This document shows, one piece after another, positions 13,001 to 28,000 of a DNA stretch of 64,000 bases. The notes under the pieces were generated by a model. The model searched no databases, was not told the DNA's origin, and saw only the letters and a list, made by a program, of their open reading frames with translations. Origin of the DNA: Amphiscolops sp. MND2022 (Eukaryota); contig OZ076416.1 in the NCBI GenBank assembly GCA_964187785.1, positions 45,942,001 to 46,006,000 of the forward strand. Reading direction: 5' to 3'. Position numbers and translations under genes: made by a program. Position 1 is the stretch's first letter. Each line of letters starts with the position of its first letter.

Positions 13001-16000
13001 CGTACTAGTGAGGTGTAAAGCACCGTTGAAAGTTTATACAACTAAATGAACAAAAACACTGGATGAATTCATGCTAGTTGCATTTTTGATATATATGTGT
13101 TTGATAGATCAGAGCGACGTGTAAGCATCGCCTGGAGGACCCATTTCCCGAAGCAGCGTATCAGGAATTCTACTCTGATAGTAAAATATACAGCTACCTA
13201 ACAAAATGCTACATTTCCTCAACCAATTTCTATTGAATCGCCAAACACTGATATTAACTAGTAAATTAATTTATATGTATAAAAGTGAGTTTTTTAGACA
13301 ATTTTGAACTTCGAATAATCGTTGATTTGAATTTTTTAAACAAAACATTTGCTTTCACGATTTCACGATTACAGAAATTTAATTACTTTCAATTCACGAG
13401 AAATAACGAGGAAGTTTGAGAAATGTTTAGAAGTGGCAAAAATCGAAACGAATTTCAGCATGAAACTTGTACAAGTTTAAAACTGAACGTGAGATGAGAT
13501 GGCCATTAAAGAAGGAACGTCTAGAGACCTGACGCCAAACTATGAAACTTCCGAAAATTAGGGTTAGTATGAACTCCCATGTAAGTACTCCCATGTCAGT
13601 ACAGTGCAAATAATATCAAAAGAAAAATGACAAACTCCAAGCAAAAAATGACAGAAACTTGAGAAGAACGACTTCCAAGCATTCTCTCTAAATTTGCACC
13701 ATAGCCCATGTTTTAAAGCATGGCGACATTAAATTGAAATTGGTGAAATTCATGCAACATTTTCAAAGATCTTTATCAAACTATCAAGCATCTTCCCATG
13801 TTTTGGAGATATAGTTTGAGTGCTGATGAAAACACATGAATTCTGTTTTGCTTGGCTGGACTTTGAAGCTGTTAATACAAAACATGCGTGCAACATACAT
13901 ATGCAATAGAATGCTAGTTTACTAGTCAAGGCGAACTGTACATGTAGTTTATTCGCAAGAACCACTTGCAAAAATCAGGCCTGCATCATAGAATTGTCTC
14001 GCTGAAGGAACTACGTTCAATGCCTTACGCTTAAACCGAAATTGCCATTTCGCTTGAACCTTCGCTTTCGACAGAATCGCATTTTCGACTATTAGAATTC
14101 AGCTCAAAGTCAACAAACAGATTAAATATTAGGTAATTAACAACTGCTGCTGCGCTTGTAATGAAGATTATAGCAGCTTCGCTGATTCCTCTAGAGCGTT
14201 TCAATTCTATGATTTCGCAAAGAAAATCCTCTTTTTTCTCGGACACAAGTTTTCGAAGTTTTTTAGTTTTTGTGGTAAAAATTGGGAAGAACATTTGTCA
14301 CGTTCCATTGCTTTTGGAAGTCAAAGCCAGAGTTTTAGCAAACCGTCTTTTTCATCAATCCGACGGAATGTTTTCACATTCACGAAAAGATTCCAATTCA
14401 ATGAGAGACAAAAAATTGGATCAGATACGACGGACATGAAGGTCAACAAAAAAATTGAAAAACAGCTGCAAGAAACTATGATGTCAAATGGCAATCATTT
14501 CATTCGTTTCACATTACAAGTTACAGTCTTTGACTTATTTAGTCATCTCATTAACTCAAATAATAATGAATAAACGTCGGCTAGTTAAAACTTTAAAGAA
14601 ATTCAAGGGGAATTTTAAGGGAAACTCAAGAAAATTTTAATGAAAAGAGCCTGAAAAGTTCGATATCTTCGTTCATTGTTCAAAATACGTAAAAATACGT
14701 GATTCCAGTTTTCAACAATGCCGCACAAACCATAAAGCGAATTTTTAGTCGAATCAGAATGGATATTCTGCAATGAGATACATGATAATTTGGGTTTCAA
14801 AGAAAAAGATCATAAAAATGCAAGTTTGTTCATCAAAAAACGTTAGAGCTGGTTGAAGAACTCGATAGCCAAATTTTCTGAATGGGTCACTCCCAACTGA
14901 ATTGAATAGCGGTGTTGATTACAGGTAAATTCAGAACGACGTGAATGAAGCACCCGATGCCTGATTGAATCTACATTATTTAGAGGAAGTGTGAAAACAA
15001 TAGAGCAAAGTGTTGCGTAATAATAAGTGTTACGTAATAAGTAAAGCGCGACAACACTTGACTGACGATACACAGAATTGCAAACCTCTTTTTTCAGCAT
15101 CAGATTCCATCTCAAAATAATCTGAAATGGAGGGGAAAATGACTCATGTGAAAAAAACGTGAAAGGTCTTCTGGGAAAAAGCTATTTCTTGTCTTGAATC
15201 ATAAACAACACAACACATTCCATTGCAATGGCCTTCCAGTCGAAAAAATCTTTGAAATAGTTTATGAAAGTGGCTAATTTTACTGCCAAGTCATCAACAA
15301 TTTTATTAACCCAGAAAAATATATTGTTCCATTGATTTTATGAATTTTATTGTTTCTGGCTGATTTTAAAAGAAGATTCGTTCAAGTGTTCACTGAATTG
15401 AACTGAACGTTAACTTTTAATGAAAAATTTAACAAGAAACGACCAGGGTCAAACATTTGTATAAGTGTCATTCAGCGATGAAAACAGGTTCTGCGAGTGG
15501 ATTCTATCTGTTTATTTTCGCGTGACGTCGCAAAGGGCGGCTATTCAGATGAGTCATCAATTGGAGTGAAGAGGAGTTCAAACCGATAACGTACCTATAT
15601 ACATTTTGAAGGATGACGAAACAGCGACTCTTTCTTCATTGCCCAGCAGCACGAGAGCGGCACACGAGTACTTTCCCTCGTTCTGTTTGTCGAATCTCTT
15701 GATAGTCAGGACACCGTTCTTAGTGTCAATCACGTACTGACCTGAAACAGCATAAAATAGGGTCAATTCAGACAAAGTTACAGCTGTTAACACTCTCAAC
15801 GTTTTTTCTAAACTTCTATACAAAATACCACAACTTTCCATTGTGACGGGAAATTCTGATGTGATTTTTGAGAAAGTCTGAACTATTGAATCAAACTATA
15901 TCACTGTGCAAAAACTGCAGTCTGCTCCTCATTCTCAACGACCACGCTCAGACCAAAAGTCTTCTCAAACAACAAAGCCGTCTTTAAAATGTTATTAAAA

Positions 16001-19000
16001 ACCAACAATGGTCTTTTTAGTAGGCGTTTTCGGAGAAAACGCACGACTCTTACATTGGTTGTTTTTTTTCTCCAGTAGCTCAGATATGCCCAATTTTCCT
16101 GGGAACAGATGAAGCAAATATGAAGACCATTTGGCCTAGCAAACACGTTGTATCCAATTTTTGACGTTATATTCGAATTAGATTACGTCCGATTTTTTTG
16201 ACGTTATATCTGAAGTATATTGAGGAGGAAGCGGTGGTTCAAAAAGCGCTCCCATTTGTCCCAGCACGCCATGTCCGAACTTACGTACTATTAAATTGGA
16301 GGCAGAAAAAGCGTTCCAATTTGTTCAATCGAAGTGCCCTTTTGGTTTTTAGCAAGAACAAAACGTTTTCCGAGCATAGAGGGCTACGTTCCATTTTTTC
16401 GGCACAATGCAACTTCTCGAACATTTGGAAAAAATGGATTTTTTTCTCGAATTTTTGTTTTCTGAGAGGCGCCGATCTCATTAAATTTGCTTCACAGATA
16501 GACACTCCCAATAACACTTGCTTCACAGAAAGACTCATCCACTACGCCAATAAGTCGCGTCGTTCTCAAGTTGAACAGGAGCAACTTACAGAATTTTAAG
16601 AAATGCGTCAGTTCGATGGTCTTAAAAAATCACGACGAAATCGCCGACTAAAAATTAACTTAATCGAATTCTACATGTATTCTGCATAGAAACAAAATAA
16701 AAATTACAAACCTTAAAACTGAATTACAAAAAATTGGAACTAAGGGAACATAACGACATTCACTTGTAGCCTTCTAAACACCGACTAAAACGTATAAAAA
16801 AACAAGAAGTTTTCATTTTTGCAGAATCAGGGAAAAACTCTTCATCAAAAAGGTATACAATAAGGTATATCAATCGCAGAAATGCAGTGTAGTTGTTCCA
16901 TTCACTCAAATACCACCACAGACCAATATACACTTCGAAAACACAACACTTTCTTTCCTAACCACTTTCGATCTTGATTACATGCCCACTAGTAATTTGT
17001 CCTGCTATCTAGGCCATCGAGATGGAATAGTTTTCGTCGGTGAAGGTGGTGTTTATTGATTCTGTTCAATGTTATGCTCTCCAACATCTGTTTGGACAAT
17101 TCGAGTCTGTTCTTGATGTTCACTTGCGCCAGGCCTAGTGTTTTCAATGCTTCGACGTATTTGGAACCTTGTCATAGTAGAAAAAGACTTTTTGTATCCT
17201 TGAATACTTGTAAGCTCAAGTCAGATATAACTTTTTTGGTTGATGGTGGATAACTCTCAAAGAAAATTTTAACAGTTTTTCGTTCGGTTCTTTGATCGGG
17301 CTTCTGTGTTGGTCCACCACCATGCTTCGACAAACATTGCTTGACTGTTAAATTTAGTTTATGCGGTTATTTACTGTTCAGACGAAATTCAGAAAAAGAT
17401 TGATTTTTTTTCACATAGAGAAAAAAGAGGGATAAGAGTTAATTCTTATTTCATAGCACCAAAAATTTAGCACAGGACAAAATTGAGAACATTTGAAAGT
17501 ATATGCAAACACTACATTACCATAACCTTAACAGCGGTCTGCAGAAACATAGAGGAAGTGCAATTTCACTTCAGCAAACGATTATTTACAGGACTTCTTT
17601 CCAAGAATGAAGTTATCCACTAAGACAATAACGAGACAATTGTTTTGTCTATAACCGTTAAGGCACTAGTTTTGTGTTTTTCACATATGTTTCAGCCACG
17701 CTTTAGTTGTCATTACAGTCGAAACAAAACTCGAATCAAATAACAAAGTTGATTTGATTAATCTACTTGTAGTACATGTAGAGTGAACTTTCAATGTTGC
17801 GTTTCTTGAATGATGTCGTTGCTGACCAAGCGAAAAATCCAATGATAAGTACATTTTCCTTTTACCCCTTGCGTTTCTACAAATTTTTTGAAAATAAATC
17901 ATTTATCACTTCTGTTGAAGTACAAGAATTCTGTCGATATGCGAATACATAGCATTAGAGCTTGAGGCGGTTAATAATCGGTTCAAGTTTTCTAACCCCA
18001 AAAAAAATCACGGATAAATGAATTTCACTACTGAAGTAATTATGAAACAACTGAAGCAATTTTCTTCCAGTTTGAATCTTTTGTTAGCTTTTTTCCAAAT
18101 TGTCTACAAATGTAGACCATGTAGAACAGACATTTCCAGGTTGTGTCCCTTTGAGAATATTTCAACCGCGTCAAGCTATGCATAAAATGCACAAAGAAAA
18201 AAACACAATTTCAAATCTACAAAGTCTATTCTTGGAGTTCCTTCGGTTCACAGAACGAGATACACGAAACTAATTCAAACAAGAAAAGGGAAGTGCACAG
18301 ACAGAATAAGCGGAACGGGTATCGATTTTTTGTATACCAGAATAATTTTTTTCCCGGGGAGTCTCGACACATACCACGGTCAAAGTTGTCAGGATTACTT
18401 TCCTAGCGGCGGCTACTCGAATTCACTATTACGTCATATGATGTTCCAAAGGTCAGCTGATTATCCTGTATGACCTTTATGACATAATTTGGCTAATGCT
18501 AATTAATTGAATTCCCATTAAATAGCATCACGTTTTACATCATTTGTATCGAACGCGACTTAAATGTAACCAAAGTTGAGTCAATTCGAACTTAGTTGTT
18601 ACTTTAGATTCAAATAAAGATATTCGCAATGCAAAAATGAGGATTATTTTAGAAAATTAGGTTCTTAAATGGTCGAAGCTATATCCATTTGATCTAAATA
18701 TATTTAGATTTGATTCCACAAAGATTACACCCCAAGCAGATTCGGAATGTATTGACTAAGTTTGAGGACTTTATTGCTCCATTTCTAGGATCATGGATAC
18801 GTCTATAAGTTCACGACTGATTAATTATATTTCATTAAAAAAGAATTGAAAAGAACGCACATGTTCCACAAAAATAATGCCCTTTTATTTAGTCACTAAT
18901 TTCAAACCTATCGCTTAAATGATTCGAATTATTTTTTATTCCAGAATAATACATCATGAATGTTGGTTCAACATTGACCATTACTGCTCGCTTTTCCATA

Positions 19001-22000
19001 AGACCAAAAACTCCATAACTCCTTGGGGCAGGGTTTAATGTGTCTGAACAACGTCTATATATTCCATGTTGTTGTCAAAACTGACATTTTTACGGTCCTA
19101 AAAACAATCCGAATCGTTCACCTAATCCAATCAACCAGTCATCATTCACATGAAACCGCTTTTCTCCTGCCGACACAATCTGAAGCATTTGAGAAGCGAC
19201 AGTTCATGATAAGCGATTAAAACGTGAGCACAAGCATGGACCAGCTGAAAAAATGGAAAAAGCACCGCCTCTTCCTTTATGTTCATGCCGCATTTTCCTG
19301 TCAAACCCCACAATACACGCGTTGCAGACAATTCCTTTTCAGGGCTTATGTCCGTAACACCAGCCACCTAATCAAGAGACTTGGAAGCGGCACAGTATCA
19401 ACCGGGAAAGACTTTCAGTCCAAGCCACATGTTTAGGTTGTTATATGACTACCAGCTATCAGGTCGGGTCAATAATTTATATCTACCACTACCTGGCCGC
19501 ATTATGAATATTTCAAAGAAAGTAGCCTAATTTAAATTTTTCAAGAAGTCTCGAAAGTGATCTTGAGACTTTTTCCAACAGATTTGAGAATTCATGTAGC
19601 GAAAAAATGAAATAGCTCTTGAATAACGCCATTGAGGGGTTAGGTCCTTTGTGTTGAACCAAATGGTCTATTTAAGAAATCATCATTGCTGAGTTTGAAA
19701 ACAAAATTTGAAGTAACATAAACGCACTTTCACCCAATATACAAAGATAAGCGCCGAAATTGGGCCCAATTATATATATTTTAAAAATCTAGTCATCTTC
19801 GTGAAAGCATCTGTTACATCCTCAATTCCGTTTGCTATGTTGAAATAATAACGCACGTGCCATATGGTGTAACAGCGTGACCTTGTAATTATAAAATGTG
19901 AGTTATCGATAGTTTGTCGACTATAGTATACTTCCATGGTGTTTTTCACAGTTTGATGTCTGCTTATGTGAAGATTCCCACAGGGACGCCAGAAAAAAAA
20001 ACATTTTGATGTCTGCCTCAGTTTGCTGAGAAGTTCCGAAATGTGTGCCAGTCTTAATCTTTTCATGCTTTGTATTTCATGTAAGCGCGAAGAACAGTGC
20101 CGAAATCAGGACCTGAATCTAGAAGTAAATTCTCAATTCTACAAAAATCAAAAACAGCAAAACTAAGAAACTATCGAGTTTTGGACCTGAAATTAGTGTC
20201 TTAGCAAGTATAAGGATTGAATTTGATTTGAAAAACAAAGCATCGGTCAGGTTTTAATGTTGAATCAGGATATTTAGAATATGACCTAAGTTTCATGAAC
20301 TTGAAAGATTCAACCGCAAAAATGCCCATTGAAAGTGACAGACTAAATATATTTGTTTCAGATAATGAAGCCTACTTGAAATAGGATAATATAGGCTAAG
20401 TCATAAATGACAAATCATTAAAAAACTTTATAGCCTTGTTTAGTTCCAGTTACTTCAAAAGCCTATCATTATGCTGAAGTATGAGATTAATTCATACTTG
20501 AGTTTTTGCGGATTTTTTCTGACTCCAAAATTCATCGATGAGTCATTTTGAAACGTGCACGTTTCAAAATGACTCATCGATGAATTTTGGTGTTAGAAAA
20601 AATCATGTCTTGATTTTTGCCGCAAAATCTCTTTCTCAAATTAAAACGCGAGAGAGGAAGATACGTTTTTGTTTTAAAAAGAATCGATAGGAAAAAGCAC
20701 TTGAATAAAAAAAATTAAAATGCTAGATTTCGAACAGAACAGCGCGCGAAAATCACTCAAAAGCTTTGATCCCATCTTCTTTTAAACCGCGTTTTTTTAC
20801 ATTACATTTTCACATATTCAAACAAAAGTGGGAAAATGAGGAAGCGTGAGTTCTATCGGCCATGTAAGGAATGGACTCAACGGTTGTTTCTTTTTTCAAG
20901 GGTGAATTGTACGCTTTACGCGGTTTTTACTCAGTACTCAAAAACAGCATATTTTTGTTAGCATGAAAATTATCATTTGTTCGTGAAAGCTTTTCTTTTT
21001 TCTTTTCCACGTCATTGAGCAATGTGGTATTAACTCTGATAAAACCGTCCATCAAAAAAACGACAAATAATAAATCAAAAAAAATGTTTGAATGTTAGCG
21101 AAAATAATTGACATGTCACTTTCGAACACTCAATTGGCTTTCAATAGCCAAGAGTTTGAAGAAAGAGTATAAATCTTGCTTTTTTTGGAAATTGGAAGGA
21201 AACGAAAGAATTCTGAAGAGAGACGCATTGAATATAAATAATGCAAGTACTAGTTTTGTGTGAAAGGATGTTACGTGCTTAGCAAGCTGTCAATCAAAGT
21301 TGGACATGTGATAGTTTTACTTGCATGGAAGCGTTGCTTAAAAATTCACGATGGTATGATTAATTGAACAGCATGAGTGTACGTGCCAAGTACTTTTCTG
21401 GGACCATTCAAGGGCTGAGGGGATGATCTAAAGCTCAGTTATGAGCCAAGGGTCAGATTGTGAAGGCATGAACCAAAACATTGCTGGTCATAAATATTGA
21501 TGGCGCCAGTGGTACTTATCAGTTCATGCACAACTTTTCAAATTTTTGAAAAAATGTCGAATCGAAAAAATACGTGTCGTTTTCATCTCTTTATATTGGG
21601 TTATCTTTATATCGATATAATTTTTGCTATATACACACCATGATGGATTTTTCGTGGGTTTTCACTACTGTCTTCCCTTGTTTTTCCATGTTTTCGACCA
21701 AGATAATACTATCGATAGCTTTTGGTAAAGGGTGCATCGTGGAATGCATAATTCAGATGATTTGGTGAGGATATGAAACTTTTTTTTATGAGATCATTTT
21801 GGACTCCTTACAAGCCCCTTCGTGCTTGCTATTAGAACTTTTGAAGTTGGGCACTTAAGAAATGACTTTGTTCACCTTTGTGCAACCGATTTGCTTTTCA
21901 TCAGTTCCGACCGTTGTTGAGACTAATGAAAAGATAGCACTATTTCAGGTTGTTTAGAGCTTATATATTTATGGCTCCTAAGTTTGTCTGCCAAATTTAG

Positions 22001-25000
22001 CAGTGCTTTGAAGTGAAAGCAGTGGCAGAACAAATCTGTTTGTAGTAGAACTAATTAAATTTAACCCAATTTACATCAACTTATCTCTAAAACTGGTTAT
22101 CACAAGCTGAGCAAACCACTGCCATAGAATTGTGAATGCGAAGTGGGAAAACAATGGAACAATAGGAAAAGCACCCGCACGAGGCCAGTAGATTAGATTA
22201 CAAATAAGAGAAACTGGCTCCACAAATTCTTGGGCGCTGTCACCTCTTCCGCCCCAAGGCACTGCACTGTAGTCTCAACAGTGTGAAAGAAACCAACGTT
22301 CGTTTAGACACAGAGCCACCACAAGCGCCCAACAATGCGGACAAAAGTTTAGATAAGTCATAAATTGCAAGATATAAGCGGCACTTTTGACCAGAAAATA
22401 ACTAATAACCCAACTACTGTAGTTGTTTAGGTTATTGGAGCTACTGAGAAAATAAACGACCTCTTTTCAATGATTGTTTATGTTGGCCGTTTTGTGGGTT
22501 TATCCAAATTGAGTCGGCAATAGACCATGTGAAAAGAATTTGATAAGTTCGTATCAGTTGGAACCTTGGAGATAAATTTCTTTTAATATGTTCTAGAGTT
22601 CAATGCATGACCTGAATTGCTAAGCCCCGTCATCAAAAGCAAAAGGTCACGTTCGAAAACAACGAATTCAGGGGTCATTTTGAATCCAAAAATCGACTCT
22701 TGAAGTATATAGTGATTCGAAAGATTCCATTTTGATATCAAAAACGTTTTTAGTCTATGATGTTACTGAAAAAATTCAACTCAAGTTTTGGGCTTAAGCT
22801 TATAAAGAAAAATTAATTACACCTTGTCTAAAGTATCAAAGCTAGTTTTGATTATAAAGCGGACATTTATTACTTCACAAGGATTCGTTATCCCACTATT
22901 CATGTACCGTCGACCCTCGCCAAAACTCAAAGATTACACGAGGTTTCATCGACAAAAACTCGCGAATTCTCCGTTTCAGTGACGAATAAACAAATTCGCA
23001 CTTTTATGACTACCAAAACTACGGAATTGGGTCAAATTTCTGCAAATTTCTTTATAAATTCATTAATCAAAGCCACACAACAGCTTTATATACTTTTTGA
23101 TCTTTGTTTAACAAAGGAAATTAAAACAAAATCGAGAAAAAAATTGAACCTTTGACTGCAAAAAAAACTGGAAATAGATGCAATTTTGCGACAGTTTGCT
23201 TTATACGTGTTATTTCTACTGAAATAGGAGCCGTAAGTCTGTTGCATTCAAATGCACGCTAATCAAATTTCAAATCCAATCAACAATTTTAGGCTTTCAG
23301 ATCGTGCCATTCAATAGTGGAATCACTCCACCCTAAAGCTCAAATGACTGTCCTTTAAAAATGAAGTAGAGAAAACGCAGAGGCTCTGAAAAGATGTCGG
23401 AAAAACTGCTAGTAAGGAGCCAAATTTAAAAGTTAATGTCGATTTTGCAGTTTAGATCTTGTCTGTAGATCGCTAGCTACGTTTCATGTTTTCGAAAAAC
23501 CTTTCTCGGAGAGTACGAACGTTCAAAGCTTAGAACTCTAAGCAGCTTTAAATTAGCTTAATTTATATAACAAGCATTCTTACATTTATATAACAAGTTC
23601 TTCACGCGAAACTTTCACTACCTTGCGAAAGGCATGATCGTTTCTTTGCGACTTACATGGAAGCAGAGACGACTGAACTTATGGTTTTCGAATAGCAATC
23701 CAGGTTCACGGAAGTATCACGTGAACTTAGCTTAGTAAATAACATTTGAGAAGACTCAAGAACTGCTATCATCATCGGTAAAAATTCATGATGAAAGGTG
23801 TCTAAAAATGGTTGCATTCTCAAATTTCCATTAGCTGCTAGCATCGTCGATGAGACAATGGACATTTTGTTGAAAGCTGCATCTAGGTAAGTGACACAAA
23901 ATAATTCTAATTGTGTATCTGTCAAAATAACAATTGCTAGACAAATACGAAGAGCTAAGTTGAAAAAATTTCCATTTGCATGACCGACCAGCCGTTTTTT
24001 GTACCTTTCATGTCGCCCATTTCAAGGTCGCAACATCAATTCGAACATCCAACACAAAAGCTGCCGCCATTTCACCCTAAATTGTTTTCTTGTTCTCGCG
24101 ACTCTCCATCCATGTTTGCCTTCATCTCTAAGTGAAGGCGCCTCACAATACTTGATTTGATGGTCCCAACATTTGTAGAAATTCGAAAAAAATTACGCAG
24201 TTGCAAACAAAGACAATTAAATCTCCAAGTAGGCCTACCAAAAAGGCAAAAAAGAAAAACACCAGTTTCAATCAACATGTTGTCAAAGAGCAAAAATTTG
24301 CAATTTATGATTTATCTTAACTGACTTCTTGAAAGATTGAAAATGTGACAAGGTGAGATATTCACTTTGAGATTTAGATTTTGTTATTGTAGAATACCAT
24401 ATGTAACAAATTGCCAAAAAGTTAACCACGGATTCTTTAACGCCGGAAGAATCCTCGGAATACGGACAATTATTTTGTCGTTTAACAATTTGAACAAGGC
24501 GAGAACCTACCAAGTCGGCGCCCCGCTCAAGTCTCAACAAGACGAGAACGTCTAAAGTCGGCGCCATATCTAAGGCTGAAAAAATTTTATATTTTTGAAT
24601 TTTTTTCTTTCAGAAAAAGTCGCATAGTGCCGAAAAATGTAAAAGGGGGACCCTTCTGGCTTTATTAGCATACATTCCGTTGCAAAATATCAAAAAACTC
24701 GAAGGTGGGACCCTTTGGGGACATTAAAAAAGTTTTCAATAAAAGTTGCACAGTGCCGAAAAAATCCAAAGGAGGGACCCTTTAGGCACGTCCGGATGTG
24801 TATGTTTCCTTGAAAAAGTAAAAAATGAAAGGGGGACCCTTTGGTCTAAGTTTGCAAGTTTGCCTGGGCCGGACTTGGCCTTAGTTGGTTTCAGGATTGT
24901 TTCTAAAAAGTGGACCGATCAGTGTGAGGATTGTAGTCCGAAGAAAAAAAGGTCACTGCTATAGTCGGGCATTTTTCCTTAAAAGGATAAAGCGCCGACT

Positions 25001-28000
25001 AAAAAGCGCAGTCATAGAATATTCTCCGGGAGGTTTTTGACAATTTTTTTCACATACTTCAAGTTTTGAATTTTGTGCAAAAAAATACTTTTCCAACAAA
25101 ATAAAACCATCGTTGAGCTCAAATCCAGGACCTCTTGAACAAAAATAGCATGAATCGGGGATAATAATTGGTTTCGTGTCAGATGAGCTAGAAAACTTTC
25201 CTTATGTAGAAGTTGGTTCATTGCGCAATAACTTTAACAAAAAGTCAATCAGCAGTCTGTGCTGTGACCCCCTAATGTTTCTATAAGGATATATCCTTAT
25301 ATGGAGTTGGTTGGAAAGAGATAAATATTCAAGAACATTGGAGAATTTCAGAACTTATGATCCAAAAGATGAAGGAATAAAATATGCGTCACGATTATTT
25401 CCTATTCGAATTCTTTTCACCGAAGCACTCTGACAAGTTGTCAGAGTGCTTCGGTGAAAAGAATTCGAATAGGAAATAATCGTGACGCATATTTTATTCC
25501 TTCATCTTTTGGATCATAAGTTCTGAAATTCTTCAATGTTCTTCAATGTTCTTCTCCAAAATCTCCAATCGATCTGCAATTTCTTATTAGATCGATTACT
25601 TTTCTTCTCCTATGAACTTGAAGTTCATAGGAGAAGAAAAGTAATCGATCTAATAAGAAATTGCAGATCGATTTCGAGGGTTTCAAAAAGATTAATTTTA
25701 AAGACAACATTAAATAATGACGCAAATACTTCTAATCTGGGTGCGATTTTGAACGCTGGATTTAACCTCATTTTCTTTCCTGGTTTAATCTCTAAAACAA
25801 TTAAATCGAATTTTTGAGCAGCAAATATCTACATTCAAGTAAAAACTTTTTAAACAAAGTGACTTATAAATTGCAGTTAAGTTCCTACGCTTATCTGTGC
25901 GAGGGTGAAAAATGAAATTATTTTTTCAAAGCAGCTATCAACATTTGCTTGTAGAAAGCTTTGATTCGATTTGAAATATCGTCCGCCTTAAGGGGAGTTT
26001 CTATACGATTTGAACTTAAAAATTTTTGTTAGAAAAACCCAATAGTTCATTTTTTTTTTCACGAGCATCTCAATTCAGGTCAAAATTGTGGGCGTGGTCA
26101 ATTTAGACGAATTTGGTCCAGTGTAAAAATTGCAACTGAGAACAGTCAAGTTATTTTTTAACAGCAAAATGCATTAGGACGGGTTTATTTCCAATTAGCT
26201 TCAACATTGCCCACATTGATATTTTGTAACAATCTTTGTCAACAAACTTATTCATGCCTGCTTCATAAATGAGGACTGGAAGTTTTTTTGTGTGTGTCTT
26301 TTTTGCGGTAGCGGCTAGATCTGACCCTGAATTTATGACGACACGCTTGTGAGCGAGACCAGGGTGATTTCTCAGAATAATTTGATTAGCCTCAAGGAAT
26401 TTCAGGCCTTACATGTAATTTATAGCTTCCCGTGACTCAACATTGATGTTCATATATGCTCTTGTTTTTTGGGCGAGCAAGTAGACATTCTTTGACCATT
26501 GATTCATTGTTTCCATGAAAAAAAATTAGGCTGATTACACGGTTAACAGTATTGTAAGTGTATCTTAAATATGACTCATTTATTTTAGCAGTAATAAAAA
26601 TGTGAATTTAATTCTTCCTCGTTTTGGGGAATCAATTTAAAAGTACGCCTTATAAGTGTTCAAAAATACGTAGCACTTCATAAAACTAGACAGATTTAAT
26701 TTCAATCGAAAAAAGGCAGGTAATGTTATTAACAGTTACTTGTATTTATTATAACTGAGTTAATACCGCTGCACCTTTGGTACAGTTAAATTCAATTTTT
26801 GTTTCCAAAATTTGTAGTAAAAGTTGACTCAACAGTTGAATATTGTGGGAAAAGTTGTGCTGTGGGCGGAAAACAAGGAAATACAGTTCAGTTAATTTGA
26901 CCGGTCTGCTATTGTCTTTTCTTTTTCATGACGGGTCGAGCCTGTCACTTAACGGGTATCTGGCTGTCGTGCCAACCCCTTATACCTCATATATTGATTA
27001 TATTCCTATAGTACTAACTGTCTACAATATACCCCTTACTCATACCTATTTCCTCATTTTATTATTGTTCCTTTTTCTACTGTCTGTTGCACTGATTACG
27101 CAATAGACAATGAATAGCCAATATAATAGGGCGTCTATACATGCATGACTCATTCTTTTTTCCCCATCCCGGTAACCGCGAGAACGAAAGCTATCCTTCT
27201 GTCTATATGTCTACGCATCTATCCATACATCCATCTACCAATCTATCTCTATTTGCCGTGGCTTTTCCTGTTTTACGCTTGGCTGCTTATAGGTTCTGCG
27301 TCTGCAGAAAGGAAAACAATCTCTCGCAACAGAAACACATGTTTTCATCAAATCATAATTATTTTTCCATTTAGCGCCAATTCTCTGCCTATTTCGAGAG
27401 GAAGGGATGACTCATAGCCATGATTCTTATTTGTTCGTGTTCGTCACAGTTTCAACAAAGTGCGGCCGTGGCTGAACAAAAACGGACGAAATGAACAGAA
27501 TGAAACAAAGGACGGCAAAACTGACATTTGGTACATTGGTCATAAAAAATTCATTATTTTCTCAAAATGCTGCTAAATACCATCCCGCAATATTCCAATC
27601 TCGGTAAATTCCAGTTGTGGCCGGCCGCCGCTCCAATAAAAACGTCAATTTTGGAGTGACCATAATTTAAACATCATCTTGAAATGCCAGTTTGTGTAAT
27701 GCGGCTGAAAATTCCGATTAAATTTGTATATGAGCCAAGAGGCTGCAAAAGGCGAGTTGGTTTTGCGATTAGAGGCTGATTTTTCCTTTGTTACTTTTGC
27801 ACGTCACTCGAGGAGTGCTTATTGTGCTGAAATTTGATTGACAACTCCTGCTGTTAGCTCGCCTGGTAAAAACAGACCTGCGTCTGCGGGGCACCAACAA
27901 CACACAAAGAAGTAACTCTAAAGTCAACGTCATCGGTCTGCTTTCACCAATATCCGTAGACTAAGTACCTGTCTGTACACCTTTCATACCCCCGGTGCAG

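Noticed and set aside
13427-13609. Short ORF as an extra exon
   Set aside because: No Ig/FN3 motif or convincing splice pair, and the flanking exons already join in frame.
19023-19436. GC-richer stretch with short ORFs, possibly a decayed TE
   Set aside because: All frames are interrupted and I could not identify a diagnostic motif.
23653-23925. 90-aa minus ORF, and a plus-strand GTAAGT donor at 23887 suggesting a nested gene
   Set aside because: No recognisable domain; the plus-strand frame has stops shortly upstream and no good acceptor.
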